The position numbers and the translations under genes were made by a program. A stretch of 64,000 nucleotides of DNA. It comes from Candidatus Latescibacterota bacterium (GTDB taxonomy: Bacteria > Latescibacterota > UBA2968 > UBA8231). The notes under the pieces are model-generated. The model ran no database searches, was not told the origin of the DNA, and was given only the letters and a program-made list of their open reading frames with translations. Shown here in pieces: positions 27,815 to 38,163 of the stretch (position 1 is its first letter; every line of letters begins with the position of its first letter). The stretch covers positions 928,001 through 992,000 of the forward strand of contig CBDCXV010000010.1 of the NCBI GenBank assembly GCA_965223905.1, given 5' to 3'.

Positions 27815-28771
27815 TCACGCCTGCGACTGGAGGATGTACTGCTCCACCTCGTGGTCGAAGGTCTCCTTGAAGGTGCGGCCTTCGAACAGCTCTACGAGGG
27901 GGATGCGTTCGTCGGGGTCGACCTGCGAGTTGGCGCTGGGATCCAGGTTGGCTCCGATGAGCTGTTTCTGCACCGGGCTGCACATCTCCGCGGCTTCGGG
28001 CGACACCTCGTTGCGGTCGCTTAGCCGGGCCCACCAGGGGCCGTACACGTAATACAGATTGCGGCGGTACACGTCCGAGGTGTTGCGTGAGACGGCGTGG
28101 AAGAGGGCGTTGTGAAAGACGACGGCGTCTCCCCTTTTCAAGGTGATCTGCAGGGCACCGGGGCAGCCTTCGCAGATATCGTCGAGCTCCTGGTACGAGG
28201 CGAAGGAGGTCAGCCTGAGGACGTGGTCCAGGCCCGCAGGGATTTTCGGAAACCCCAGGCGATGGCTTCCCGGAATGACGCAGAAGTTGCCCATGTCCGG
28301 CTCGGGCATGTCGGTGAGAAACCAGCCGATCCGGAACTGCTGCAGCGGCAGCAGGCCTCCCGCGGCCGGAAATCCGTAGGGGGCCATGGTATCGCGGTGC
28401 CAGCGGCTCTTCGGCCTGGGGTCGGGAGGGCGAATCATGACCTGCGTGGCGAGGGCGTGGACGGCCGCCCCCATCAGGCCGCAGACCAGCCCGAGGTGGT
28501 TGCGGTGGTCGAGCAGATCGATGAAGACCCGGTTGGGCCGGGTGGGAAGCGGGGTGTTGCCGTTCGACCGGTCGATGGTGCGGTCGACGATGTTCATCAG
28601 GTCGAGGTAGGTGCCGGCCTCGCGCCCGTGCCGCCGGGAGAGCTTGTCGCAGCGGTCGATCTCCGCGTCGATGGCGGCCATCTCCGCCTCGGTCAGCGCA
28701 TCCTCGACGATGAAATAGCCGTCGCGCTCCCACTGCTCGCGTTCGCTGTCGGTCAGTCGGCGGAAGTCCAT
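27815..28771 (-). CDS. Phytanoyl-CoA dioxygenase (PhyH) family
   Basis: ERDGY, WHRD, VIPGSH, GDAVVFHNALFH. Confidence 0.88.
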   Translation of the reverse strand: MDFRRLTDSEREQWERDGYFIVEDALTEAEMAAIDAEIDRCDKLSRRHGREAGTYLDLMNIVDRTIDRSNGNTPLPTRPNRVFIDLLDHRNHLGLVCGLMGAAVHALATQVMIRPPDPRPKSRWHRDTMAPYGFPAAGGLLPLQQFRIGWFLTDMPEPDMGNFCVIPGSHRLGFPKIPAGLDHVLRLTSFASYQELDDICEGCPGALQITLKRGDAVVFHNALFHAVSRNTSDVYRRNLYYVYGPWWARLSDRNEVSPEAAEMCSPVQKQLIGANLDPSANSQVDPDERIPLVELFEGRTFKETFDHEVEQYILQSQA

Positions 28772-28842
28772 ACCGGGTATCCCCCCTTTTGCAACTGAAA
28801 CGGGTATTTGTCGATTCCGTCCGACGGTTCCCCGCAAGGCCG

Positions 28843-29901
28843 TCAACCGGATGCCGGCGGGTCCGGTTCGGTGGCCTGCGGCTCTCTTTCCGAGGTCCGT
28901 ATCAGCGCGCGCATGTACCCCAGGTCGAAGGCGTTGGTCTGGCGGAACTCCCCGTCCCCGTCGACCCGGGGCCAGTGCGCCGGAGCGAGGTGGGCGCCGG
29001 AGCCGGCCCTGTTGAGGGAGCGGATGACGGCGAGGAGATCGCAGTCGCCGAGGTCGAGGAAGGTCTCCCCGAAACTCGGGACAGTGCCGTTGACGGCCTG
29101 CACGTGGCCCATGAAGATCCTCTCACCCCCCAGGGAGCGGATCGCGTGATCGAGGTCGATCCCCATCGCCTGCCAGTTTCCCAGGCACATGTTGATCCCC
29201 CACATCTCGCTGCCGCCGATCTCCAGTGCGCGCAGGTGTCCCTCGAGGTCGTGGAACAGCCTCGGCACCCCTCCCATGCTCGCCACCGGCGGGTCGTCCG
29301 GGTGCACGGCCATCCTCACCCCCGCCTCTTCGCATACCGGCACGATCCTGCGGGCGAAGTACTCGTAGTTGTCCCACATCTCCTCGCGGCTGTACTCGCG
29401 GCCCCGGAACAGGGGCAGCGGCTCCAGCCTGTCCATGTCGATCCGGGACAGCAGCGCGCCCCCGCGGCCCCGGACTTCGTACGAATGGCGCCAGGATGCG
29501 CTGACCATCGTCGGGGGGTTGACCATCCAGTGGTAGGCCATCAGGGTGACCCCCGCCTTTCCCGCCAGCCGGATGTTGTGGGCGAGATTGTCGATCTGCC
29601 GGTCGCGCAGTTCCCCGCCGAGCCAGATGTGCTCCATGGCCGATGCTTCGGCCTGGCCGGCCAGCTCGAGGGTGCCCAGCTCCATGCCGAGGTCGCGGAT
29701 CTCGTTGACGAGGTTCACCAGCCTCAGGTAGTCCCAGCGCAGGCCCGGCTTGCTTCCCCCGGTCTTGCCGCCGGGATTGAGACTGGGGTCGATGCAGCTG
29801 ACGATGACCTTGTCGACGCCGAACTGGGCGAGCGACCGCAGGAGGGTCTTGTCTTTCATCACAGGCTCGAACCGGGCGTACGCCCCGAGACAGACAGGCA
29901 T
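28843..29901 (-). CDS. Mannonate dehydratase (UxuA)-like protein
   Basis: VRMAVHPDDPP, MWDNYEYF, FGETFLDLGD. Confidence 0.8.
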   Translation of the reverse strand: MPVCLGAYARFEPVMKDKTLLRSLAQFGVDKVIVSCIDPSLNPGGKTGGSKPGLRWDYLRLVNLVNEIRDLGMELGTLELAGQAEASAMEHIWLGGELRDRQIDNLAHNIRLAGKAGVTLMAYHWMVNPPTMVSASWRHSYEVRGRGGALLSRIDMDRLEPLPLFRGREYSREEMWDNYEYFARRIVPVCEEAGVRMAVHPDDPPVASMGGVPRLFHDLEGHLRALEIGGSEMWGINMCLGNWQAMGIDLDHAIRSLGGERIFMGHVQAVNGTVPSFGETFLDLGDCDLLAVIRSLNRAGSGAHLAPAHWPRVDGDGEFRQTNAFDLGYMRALIRTSEREPQATEPDPPASG

Positions 29902-29926
29902 GGAGTTCCTCCTCAGTTTCTCCGCA

Positions 29927-30439
29927 TCAGGCGGACCGTCCCCTGGCTGCGAGCACGGACATCTCCGCCAGGCGGCGGCCGAGCCGGGCCGCCCAGGCCG
30001 CGGTGTTCTCATCCAGCTGTTCGACGATGACGCCGCCGACGAAGTCGGAACCGCCGGCTTCCGGAGTGCCCTGTCCGATCACTGCCATGTTGTAGAGCAG
30101 GAACGAACGCAGGATCACCTCGATGACGGGCTCCTGGCCCCCGAAGGAGCCGTGCGAACCGGAAAATGCGGCGCCGACCTTGTAATGGAGCTGCTCGCGG
30201 ATTTCGGACATTCTGCCGATCAGTGCGCCAATCTCGGGAGAGACGGTGTGCCCCGGCATCTTCGGCGAGCCGATGGCGATGCCGCCGGCCCTGACGAGAT
30301 CCTCGTCGCTCACCCCGGAGACCGGCTTGACCGTAACCGCGGCGCCGTCGACCTCGGCGGCGCCGACGCGAATCCCCTCGGCGAGGCGCCCGACGGGGCC
30401 GTCTCCGTACGTGTGGTAGATGATCAGCACCTCGACCAT
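29927..30439 (-). CDS. Flavodoxin/WrbA-like protein
   Basis: VLIIYHT, IAIGSP, KVGAAF, GGQE. Confidence 0.8.
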   Translation of the reverse strand: MVEVLIIYHTYGDGPVGRLAEGIRVGAAEVDGAAVTVKPVSGVSDEDLVRAGGIAIGSPKMPGHTVSPEIGALIGRMSEIREQLHYKVGAAFSGSHGSFGGQEPVIEVILRSFLLYNMAVIGQGTPEAGGSDFVGGVIVEQLDENTAAWAARLGRRLAEMSVLAARGRSA

Positions 30440-30529
30440 GGCTACATTCCATCCCCTCTTCGCCGGACGCCGAAGAGCCCGCTTCGGGGCCTGTCAGCGA
30501 CCGCGGCGCAATTATAGAGGAACCCCCCC

Positions 30530-31950
30530 GTGATGCAAACCGGATCGCCGTTCAGCCTCAAGGGCCTGCTGGTCGGCACAGCACTGTCGGTCTTCATCGG
30601 CCTCGTCGGCACCTACGGCATGATGCACGCCTACGCGGAGATCGGGTTCAACCCTTCCTCACCCGCGGCCATCTTCCTGTTCCTCCTCGTCACCCTGTTC
30701 GTCAACAGCGTTCTGCGGCTCGCGGCGCGGCCCCTCGCCCTGTCGAGGGCGGATCTCGTCCTCGTGTACGCGATGATGCTGATGTCGCTGACGGTTCCGA
30801 CCTGGGGGTTCCTCTTCTTCCTGTTCGGAACAATGGTGTGGCCCTTCTACCACGCCACTCCGGAGAACCGCTTCGGCGAGATCTACCTCGACTGGATTCC
30901 CGAGTGGATCGCCCCCCACGACCTCACAGCGATCAAGCATTACTACGAGGGGCTCCCGGAGGGGATGCCGCTGCAGTGGAACGCCTGGCTGGAGCCGCTG
31001 GCGAACTGGTTCCTCTTCTTTCTCGTCATCGGCTTCATGCTGATCTGCCTGAGCGCGATCTTCCACCGCCAGTGGTCGTCCCACGAGCGCCTGACCTACC
31101 CGATGATGCAGCTGCCCGAGCGGATGATCGAGGACGGCGGCGGGCTGATCGCCCCGTTCTTCCGGGACAGGACGATGTGGATCGGGTTCTCCATCCCGTT
31201 CTGCCTGTTCAGCCTCGCCGGGCTGCACCATTTCCATCCGGTGATTCCGGCCTTTCCCTTCCACCACGCCCACATACCGCTGGCCGGCCCAACCGTAAAC
31301 CTGCCGATCGTCTTCAGCTTCGCCTGGGTCGGTTTCTTTTTCCTCGTCAACCTCGACATCACCTTCAGCATCTGGTTCTTCTTCGTCCTCTTCAAAATCG
31401 AGAAGGCGGTCTTCACCACCCTCGGGATCGCCGGCAGCGAGGTGCTGAGCGCCTACGAGGGGGGAGGGCACGAGACCGACATCACCCACCAGGCGACCGG
31501 GGCGGCGATCGTCTTCGTCCTCTTCGTCGTCTGGAGCGCGCGCCGCCACCTCAAGGAGGCCGCGCTCAAGGCCTGGTCCGGGGCCCGCGACCCGGCCGAT
31601 GCGGATGAGCTGATGAGCTACCGCACCGCGGTCGCCGGCTTCGCCGCGGGGATGGTCTTCTTCGCCCTGTGGCTCTGGCGCACCGGGGTTCCGGCCGTGA
31701 TCATCCCGATCGTCCTGTTCGTCGGACTGTGCTGGTACGTCTTCATCACGCGGGTCGTGACCGGCGCAGGGGTCGCCTCGGCGCGGGGGCCCCTGGTGCC
31801 GGAGTTCTTCGTCATCTCCGGGTTCGGCACCGGCATTCTCGGCGCCAGGGGAATCGTGGCGCTCAACTTCACCCTGGTCTGGCAGGGAGAGATGCGCCAG
31901 TCGCCGATGATCGCCTGTTCCAACGCCCTGAGGCTGGCCGAGCGTGTCCG
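30530..31950 (+). pseudogene. DUF6785-type multi-TM membrane protein, 3'-truncated
   Basis: Paralogous to 33512..35515 (YHATPEN, RQW..HERLTYP, MSYR) but lacks the C-terminal WP(L/F)HPIGF region; runs into RT sequence. Confidence 0.75.
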
Positions 31951-31990
31951 CGGATGGACGGACCGGCCGGAGTGGCCGCTGAGGCGGTAG

Positions 31991-33013
31991 GCGATTCCCA
32001 AGGGAGAGGGCAAAACCCGTACTCTCGGGATCCCCAGCATACGAGACCGCGTGGTCCAAGGGGCGCTCAAGCTGATTCTGGAGCCTATCTTCGAGGCTGA
32101 TTTCCAACTGGGGTCGTATGGGTACCGGCCGAAGCGCACGGCCCATCAGGCCATTCAGCGGGTGACGGCAGCAGTGGTTCGGAACAAGACCACGGTAATA
32201 GACGTGGACTTGGCTTCGTACTTCGACAGGATCCGCCATGACATCCTGTCAGGGAAAGTGGCGGAACGGGTTGACGACAAGCACGTTCTGAGGCTGTTGA
32301 AGTCCCTTCTCAAGACCAGCGGAAAACGCGGCGTTCCTCAAGGGGGTGTCATTTCCCCGCTGCTCAGCAACCTCTACCTCAACGAGGGGGACAAGATGCT
32401 GGAGCGGGCGAAACGTGTCACTCAACGAGGGCGGTATACCTATATCGAGTACGTCCGGTTCGCCGATGATCTTGTGATCCTGGTCGACGGCTACCGACGG
32501 TGGAAATGGCTCGCCGCGGCGGCCTATCGACGACTTCGGGAGGAATTGGCCAAGCTCGATGTACCGCTCAATCACGACAAGACGCGGCGAATCGACCTTA
32601 CCCGGGGCGAGAACTTCGGTTCCCTGGGGTTTGACTTCCGTCGAACCAAGACGCTGCGGGGGATATGGGGCGTGCGCTACGTGCCGACGATGAAGGCACG
32701 TACGGCGCTTCTGCGCAAGCTCAAGGAGCTCTTTCGACGTTTTCGCTCCCAACCGATCGATCGGGTCATCGGCCTGATCAACCCGGGGCTGCGCGGGTGG
32801 GTCAACTACGTCCGTGTAGGGCAGTCGAGTCGATGCTTTGGGTACGTGAAAGACTGGGTCGAGAAGAAGGTCAGGCGCCATCTGATGCGCGCGCGCAAAG
32901 GTCAGGGGTTTGGCTGGAAGAGGTGGAGCAGGCCGTGGCTCTACAAAGAACTCGGGCTCTTCTCCGAGTATCGGGCTGACTCCCACGGGCCGAAAGCCAC
33001 TCCGGTACAATAG
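31991..33013 (+). pseudogene. ltrA: Group II intron reverse transcriptase/maturase lacking its N-terminus and without an endonuclease domain
   Basis: IPK...RTLGIPSIRDRVVQ, SYGYRP, GVPQGGVISPLLSNLYL, RFADD, RGWVNY; in-frame TAG at 31988. Confidence 0.88.
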
Positions 33014-33104
33014 GTCCCATAACCCTTGAGAGGAAATCAACAGGAAAGCCCGGTGCCGGCAAACGGCACGCCGGGTTTGACGTGGCGGGAGGTGGAAACG
33101 TGAC

Positions 33105-33265
33105 CACGGGAGCCGGACGGAGGCCCATCGCGAAAGCGGTGGTATCGCCACCGGACCCTACCGTCGGCGCGCCAGCTCTCGACCCTCACGGGAGCCGGAC
33201 GGAGGCCCATCGCGAAAGCGGTGGTATCGCCACCGGACCCTGTCGGCGCGCCAGCTCTCGACCCT
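33105..33265 (+). repeat. Tandem duplication (82/79 bp) within intron domain VI
   Basis: CACGGGAGCCGGACGG...CTCTCGACCCT at 33105-33186 and 33187-33265; the second copy lacks ACC. Confidence 0.92.
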
Positions 33266-33267
33266 AC

Positions 33268-33379
33268 CGGAGGGCGGGATGTGGAAACAGAGCATGGGTC
33301 GGCTATCGAGGCACCGGCAGACGAAAGGGCCGGAAACAGATAGCCGAGCCTACACCACCGCGCCACATCCCGACTCTAC
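33268..33379 (+). mobile_element. Orphan domain VI / 3' end of a second group II intron
   Basis: GGCGGGATGTGGAAAC...GCGCCACATCCCGACTCTAC, same architecture as the first domain VI but different sequence. Confidence 0.7.
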
Positions 33380-33437
33380 CCCCTCCAATCACGACGGCGG
33401 TCTTGCCGGTCAGATCGTACATCTCTTTGACGGCCAT
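33380..33437 (-). pseudogene. 5' stub of a short-chain dehydrogenase
   Basis: MAVKEMYDLTGKTAVVIGG with a GGAAGG ribosome-binding site, cut at the intron end. Confidence 0.7.
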
Positions 33438-33511
33438 GAAATGCCTTCCCGCGACGCTACTGGCTCAGTTTGGGTAGAGCTTGACCAGATGCTGGTCCAA
33501 CGAAAAAACTA

Positions 33512-35515
33512 TCAATACATCCAGATCCATCTGCTGCCGCGCATTCCCGTAAAGCCGTCGACGACCATCCAGAATCCGCCCGCAACCACCTGTCCGAGGA
33601 TCAACCCGAGAAAGAACCAGCGGGTGATGCGGTAACCCCTGGGGCCGCTGTATTTCAGCACGCTGGCCTTCACAAGCCAAGCCACGAAAATACTAGACCA
33701 TACCGCTCCCAGGATCCAGGTGCCACCCGCCAGGAAGCCGATGGGGTGCAGCGGCCACCCAGGCAGTCGCTGCTTTGCCAGGATCAACAAGGCTGCCACA
33801 GCAGCTCCCACCCCGGTCCATATCCAGCCAGGCATATACGGCTCGGTCGGGGGAGAGAGCAGGCGGCTGGCGAGCTCCATCGGCTCGCTCGCCCAGCCGC
33901 CGGCGAAGTACCCCCCCAGATTGATGGCGCCGTATCGGTATCCCAACTGCAGCGTTGTGTAGAGCGATCCCACCAGAGAAATGGCCAGCGCCAGTGCCAT
34001 CATACACAGAATGCGGTAGCGGTACTTCTGTAATCCGTGCAGCATGCGAAGTCCGTTTGCCACCGGCGCCATCATGAATACGAGAAGATCACCAGCCCAT
34101 GCGAGAGTAAATCCGGTGGCGAGCATACCGGTCGTACCCAATGACGAGGCCCCCACGCCCGATACGAGAAAACCCGCTGCCGACACGCCAGCTACCGCAG
34201 AGGACAGTCCGGCCTCGACGATCACACGGGTCAGGGCCAGAAAAATGACAAAGGTACCAAAGAGGTACAGCGCCGTCGCCCAGGGCGGCATCCCACTGCG
34301 CCAGATCCACACCGCCATGACGGCGAGACCGGCCAGCAGACCGATGGCGGCGGCGCGATACGACAGGATTTCCCCGTGGTCGCGGTCCCTGACACCTCGT
34401 ACAACCTGCCTGAAGACGTTCCCCAGATGGGCCCGAGCCGTCCACAGGCCTACCGACACCACGACAATCATGGCCCCCATCGTCTGGTGGCTCAGAATCC
34501 CCATCGTGGGCGAATTATAGGTGTGACTGAACGCGTCGAGCCGTTCGGTGTTGTGGAGGCCAACAACGGAACAGACGGCTTCCTGCGATTTCGCCAGCAA
34601 GAAGAAGAGCCACATGCTGAAGGCGATCCCCGTGTTGATGAAGTAGGCCAGACCCATGATCATGAAGTTGGGCCGAATAAGGAGCTCCACCGTATTGGCG
34701 GCCATGAAGAATCGGTGCTCGATATTGAGTCTGGGCACGAACTCGTAATACCCGCTGAGGGCGTTGACGCTGTTGATCAGAAAAGGAACGGCAAACCCCG
34801 CCCACAGGACCGGATTCTTCATGAACGGCTTGATCCGTGATGACGATTCTTCCCCATCCTCGATCATTCCCAGGGGCACCTGAGTCAGGGGGTAGAGCAA
34901 CCGTTCGTTCTCCATCCATTGCCGCCGCATGATGACCATCGAACAGATGAGCACCGTGTAGAACGCTGCCATGAACAGCAACCACAGACTCAGGGGCTCG
35001 AGCCAGGCCGCCCAGGGAATGGCTTGGCCCGCAGCTATCCCCTCATGAAAGCTCCGTACCGATTCCGCATCGTGATTGACGACCCAGGTGGGGATATACG
35101 GGATGAGCTGCTCGGCCCAGTCGTTTTCCGGCGTGGCGTAGTAGATGGCGCCGGCCACCATTCCCAGGGTCGGTCCGCTGAACCCCCTGGAGGGGATGGC
35201 GCTAGCCAGCATCATCATCACAGTGACAAGGAGCAATTCTCCCCGAGTGAGCAGCCAACTTCGCCGGACCGTTCCCAGCACTGGTTGCACGATGACCACC
35301 AGTAAGAACAGCAAGAAGAGCGCGGCTGGGGTAGACGAGCTTAGCCCCAGGCGAGCTCCTTTGATCACGAATTCTCCGTAGGGAATACCGGCGGCGATCA
35401 CGCCGCTGAGCAGTACGCCCACCGCCATACCCCGAAAACGGATCGTGGAAGGCGAGATGTGTTTCTCTTCTTTCACGCGGAAAATGTTACTCAGAAAGAC
35501 AAACCTATTCAACAT
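33512..35515 (-). CDS. DUF6785/DUF6784-type multi-TM membrane protein (putative transporter)
   Basis: Many TM helices; YYATPEN, RRQWMENERLLYP, WPLHPIGF, FFLGLILG. Confidence 0.78.
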   Translation of the reverse strand: MLNRFVFLSNIFRVKEEKHISPSTIRFRGMAVGVLLSGVIAAGIPYGEFVIKGARLGLSSSTPAALFLLFLLVVIVQPVLGTVRRSWLLTRGELLLVTVMMMLASAIPSRGFSGPTLGMVAGAIYYATPENDWAEQLIPYIPTWVVNHDAESVRSFHEGIAAGQAIPWAAWLEPLSLWLLFMAAFYTVLICSMVIMRRQWMENERLLYPLTQVPLGMIEDGEESSSRIKPFMKNPVLWAGFAVPFLINSVNALSGYYEFVPRLNIEHRFFMAANTVELLIRPNFMIMGLAYFINTGIAFSMWLFFLLAKSQEAVCSVVGLHNTERLDAFSHTYNSPTMGILSHQTMGAMIVVVSVGLWTARAHLGNVFRQVVRGVRDRDHGEILSYRAAAIGLLAGLAVMAVWIWRSGMPPWATALYLFGTFVIFLALTRVIVEAGLSSAVAGVSAAGFLVSGVGASSLGTTGMLATGFTLAWAGDLLVFMMAPVANGLRMLHGLQKYRYRILCMMALALAISLVGSLYTTLQLGYRYGAINLGGYFAGGWASEPMELASRLLSPPTEPYMPGWIWTGVGAAVAALLILAKQRLPGWPLHPIGFLAGGTWILGAVWSSIFVAWLVKASVLKYSGPRGYRITRWFFLGLILGQVVAGGFWMVVDGFTGMRGSRWIWMY

Positions 35516-35708
35516 TTCAGAACGGCCTTAACCTCCCCTTTGATCACATTGCCCCAGTAGCCTCACTAGCAGATATTCGCCCGATGGAAATACGAACCCC
35601 GCGTTAGACCAAGCGGGTGCGCCGGGACCTGTGGGATCCACGCCAAAGAGGCTCTCATTCCGCAAGCGCTTCCGGACCACAACACATAACGATCGGATTG
35701 CAGAGCCG

Positions 35709-37619
35709 ATGACGGTCCCCGGATTGGTCGAGATCAGGGCAACTCAGGTATCGCCGCCCCCCGGATGGGCGCTCCTGGAACGCCAGTTGATGAAACTCAT
35801 GGAGGAAGCCGTTGCGCCGATGGTCGACAAATACGCGGAGAGAGGTGGAGCTTTCTACTACGCCGACGACGTAGACGACCTGTACGAAAGGGCATATAAC
35901 TGGGGCCTGTTCTACGCCATGGGGGCAGGCAGGCAGGTGCTCGACCTCGGGTTGCAGCAGTGGCACGCAACCACCCGTTTCTTCGCCGACGATATCGTCA
36001 GTCGCGTCCACCCCCGCTTCAAGCCTCAGATCCACAATGAATACTACAACTTGGCAACACCCGGTGGGAGTGAGTGGTACCACAAGGGCGAGGCCAACAT
36101 GGCTTTCTACCATTTCGGCCTGGCCGACCCCACCATTTCGGAAAACGTGCGCCGCGCCAGACGATTTGCAGCCTTCTACATGGACGAGGATCCCGATGCC
36201 CCCAACTACGATCCCCAACACAAGATCTTCCGCAGTCCCATGCAGTCGAGCATCGGCCCCTGGCGCCATACCAGTCTCGATAATGCGATCGGCTATCTTC
36301 AAGGAGGGGGCCAGAAGCCCCCCAAATATTACGGCGCACGGGCCACCCTTCGTCCGGTGGTTGAGGATCTAGAGCCGGACTGGTTTGAAAACCCCGAGCG
36401 TCGGGACGAAATACTAAAGCTATTCGACGAGATCGTCCTCAAAGGCGACGTCCCCCACAGCCTCGGTTCGACCGCCCTCATGACCAACGCCTACCTCTAC
36501 ACCGGCGAGGACAAGTACAGGCAGTGGGTGCTGGACTATACGGAAGCGTGGATGGAGCGCATGCAGCGCAACAACGGCATCATGCCCGACAACGTCGGAC
36601 CGACCGGCCAGATCGGCGAAAACCGTCAGGGCCAGTGGTGGGGCGGGCTCTACGGCTGGAACAGCTTCGTCGGTCACTACATAATATTCAGCTCGCTCAC
36701 CATCGCCGCCGAATGCGCCCTCCTGCTCACCGGCGACTTCAGCTATCTGGAGCTGCTGCGCTCGCAGATCAAGCTCCTCATGGACAACGCCATCACCCGC
36801 GAGGACGGCCAGCTCCTTCTGCCGGCCCGCTATGGCCCCGATGGCTGGGAGTACGCGATGGAGAATTACGACCATGAGAAGGGCCGGTTTGTACCGTACC
36901 GCATGCAGGAGCTGGCCCACCTCTACCACGCCTCCATGGCCGCCGAAGATTACGACCTCATCGTCAGAATTCGGGAGACCGACAAAATGCGCGATTGGAA
37001 CCACGTGCCGGTCCTCGGAGAAAAGAGCTACGCCGACACCGAACTGGCCCGCTTCCAGTACTACGACGGCAAGAACCCGGACTGGCCGATGAAGATCCTG
37101 CAGGCCGAGTACGAGAATGCCCAGACTGCCTTTGAGACGATACATAGTGAGACCCGCGACGCCCGGACCCTGATCGCGGACAACCCCGAATCCCCCAATC
37201 CGGTTTACACCAAGGGCTTGACGCAAGTGACGATGGGGGCACCGCAATCGGTGTACACTGGCGGGCTCCTGCGAGCGACCGTGCGTTATTTCGATTCAGA
37301 CCGAGTCCGGCCCGGCTTGCCCCCCGACGTGGCCGCTCTGGTCGACAGACTGGACGCCGAGAGTGCCGGCGTTCATCTGGTCAACTTGAACACCAGCGAG
37401 ACACGAAGTCTGATCGTACAGGCCGGGGCCTTCGCCGAGCACGAGTTTACTGAACTGACGCATGCCGATCAGACCATCCCCGTGGAGTCGAAGTACTTCG
37501 CGGTCCAGCTGCCACCCGCTGCATCCATCCGGCTGGATGTGGGGATGCGCCGCTTTGCACATCGTCCCACCTATGCCTTTCCTTGGCACGGGGACGAAAT
37601 ACCGGTGCCCTACCAGTAG
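35709..37619 (+). CDS. Conserved-looking hypothetical protein (aromatic-rich, possibly alpha/alpha toroid enzyme)
   Basis: Long ORF with normal codon bias; DDLYE, WYHKGE, PDNVG, RPGLPPDVAALV, PTYAFPW. Confidence 0.65.
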   Translation: MTVPGLVEIRATQVSPPPGWALLERQLMKLMEEAVAPMVDKYAERGGAFYYADDVDDLYERAYNWGLFYAMGAGRQVLDLGLQQWHATTRFFADDIVSRVHPRFKPQIHNEYYNLATPGGSEWYHKGEANMAFYHFGLADPTISENVRRARRFAAFYMDEDPDAPNYDPQHKIFRSPMQSSIGPWRHTSLDNAIGYLQGGGQKPPKYYGARATLRPVVEDLEPDWFENPERRDEILKLFDEIVLKGDVPHSLGSTALMTNAYLYTGEDKYRQWVLDYTEAWMERMQRNNGIMPDNVGPTGQIGENRQGQWWGGLYGWNSFVGHYIIFSSLTIAAECALLLTGDFSYLELLRSQIKLLMDNAITREDGQLLLPARYGPDGWEYAMENYDHEKGRFVPYRMQELAHLYHASMAAEDYDLIVRIRETDKMRDWNHVPVLGEKSYADTELARFQYYDGKNPDWPMKILQAEYENAQTAFETIHSETRDARTLIADNPESPNPVYTKGLTQVTMGAPQSVYTGGLLRATVRYFDSDRVRPGLPPDVAALVDRLDAESAGVHLVNLNTSETRSLIVQAGAFAEHEFTELTHADQTIPVESKYFAVQLPPAASIRLDVGMRRFAHRPTYAFPWHGDEIPVPYQ

Positions 37620-38163
37620 TGCAGATGTGCTACCTGCGGAAGGTGATCGAATCGATCGATGCTCTCACCACGCCTCCCCGCTTGCCTCCTGCCCGCGACC
37701 GCCTGAAAGCCGTCTCGACGTGACTTTCTCCGAGGAATCGCTTCTCGTGAGGGAACACATCCGCAAACGTGCCAGATGGTCGGCATCCGCATCGCCGCCA
37801 TTGCCGAGCTCAATCCCGAAAAGGCGAAAACCGCCTACGAACGGGGTGGCATCGCCAGAGTCGTGGCTCTCCCAGACGGCCACTCGCCCGCGAATCGCTC
37901 GCTTTTACGATTTCTGCCGAGAGTAAAGTCGGCGAAGGGACGACGTTGATGCTGCGGATCAGGAACTACCGGCTTGAGGCTGGATAGGCTGGTCCTCTGC
38001 TCTGACTCTCACCTTTTCAGGTGTGAAAAGATTTCTATGTCATGGAACGAGAGGAAGCCCCGCTTTTCACAAAGCCGGATGACTCGGTGCGCCGTCGTTT
38101 CCATGATCTGCTGAAGTCGGGGGACGTTAGCGCGGCGAGCGCCGTCACCAGCTTTAGCTCGAG

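Larger units (their letters stand above)
31951..33267 (+). mobile_element. 5'-truncated group II intron
   Basis: RT/maturase remnant, domain V at 33046-33078 with AGC triad, long domain VI ending CGACCCTAC at 33267. Confidence 0.85.

Noticed and set aside
31991-33013. RT as a retron, DGR or defence RT
   Set aside because: Maturase-type C-terminus and downstream domains V/VI identify it as a group II intron RT.
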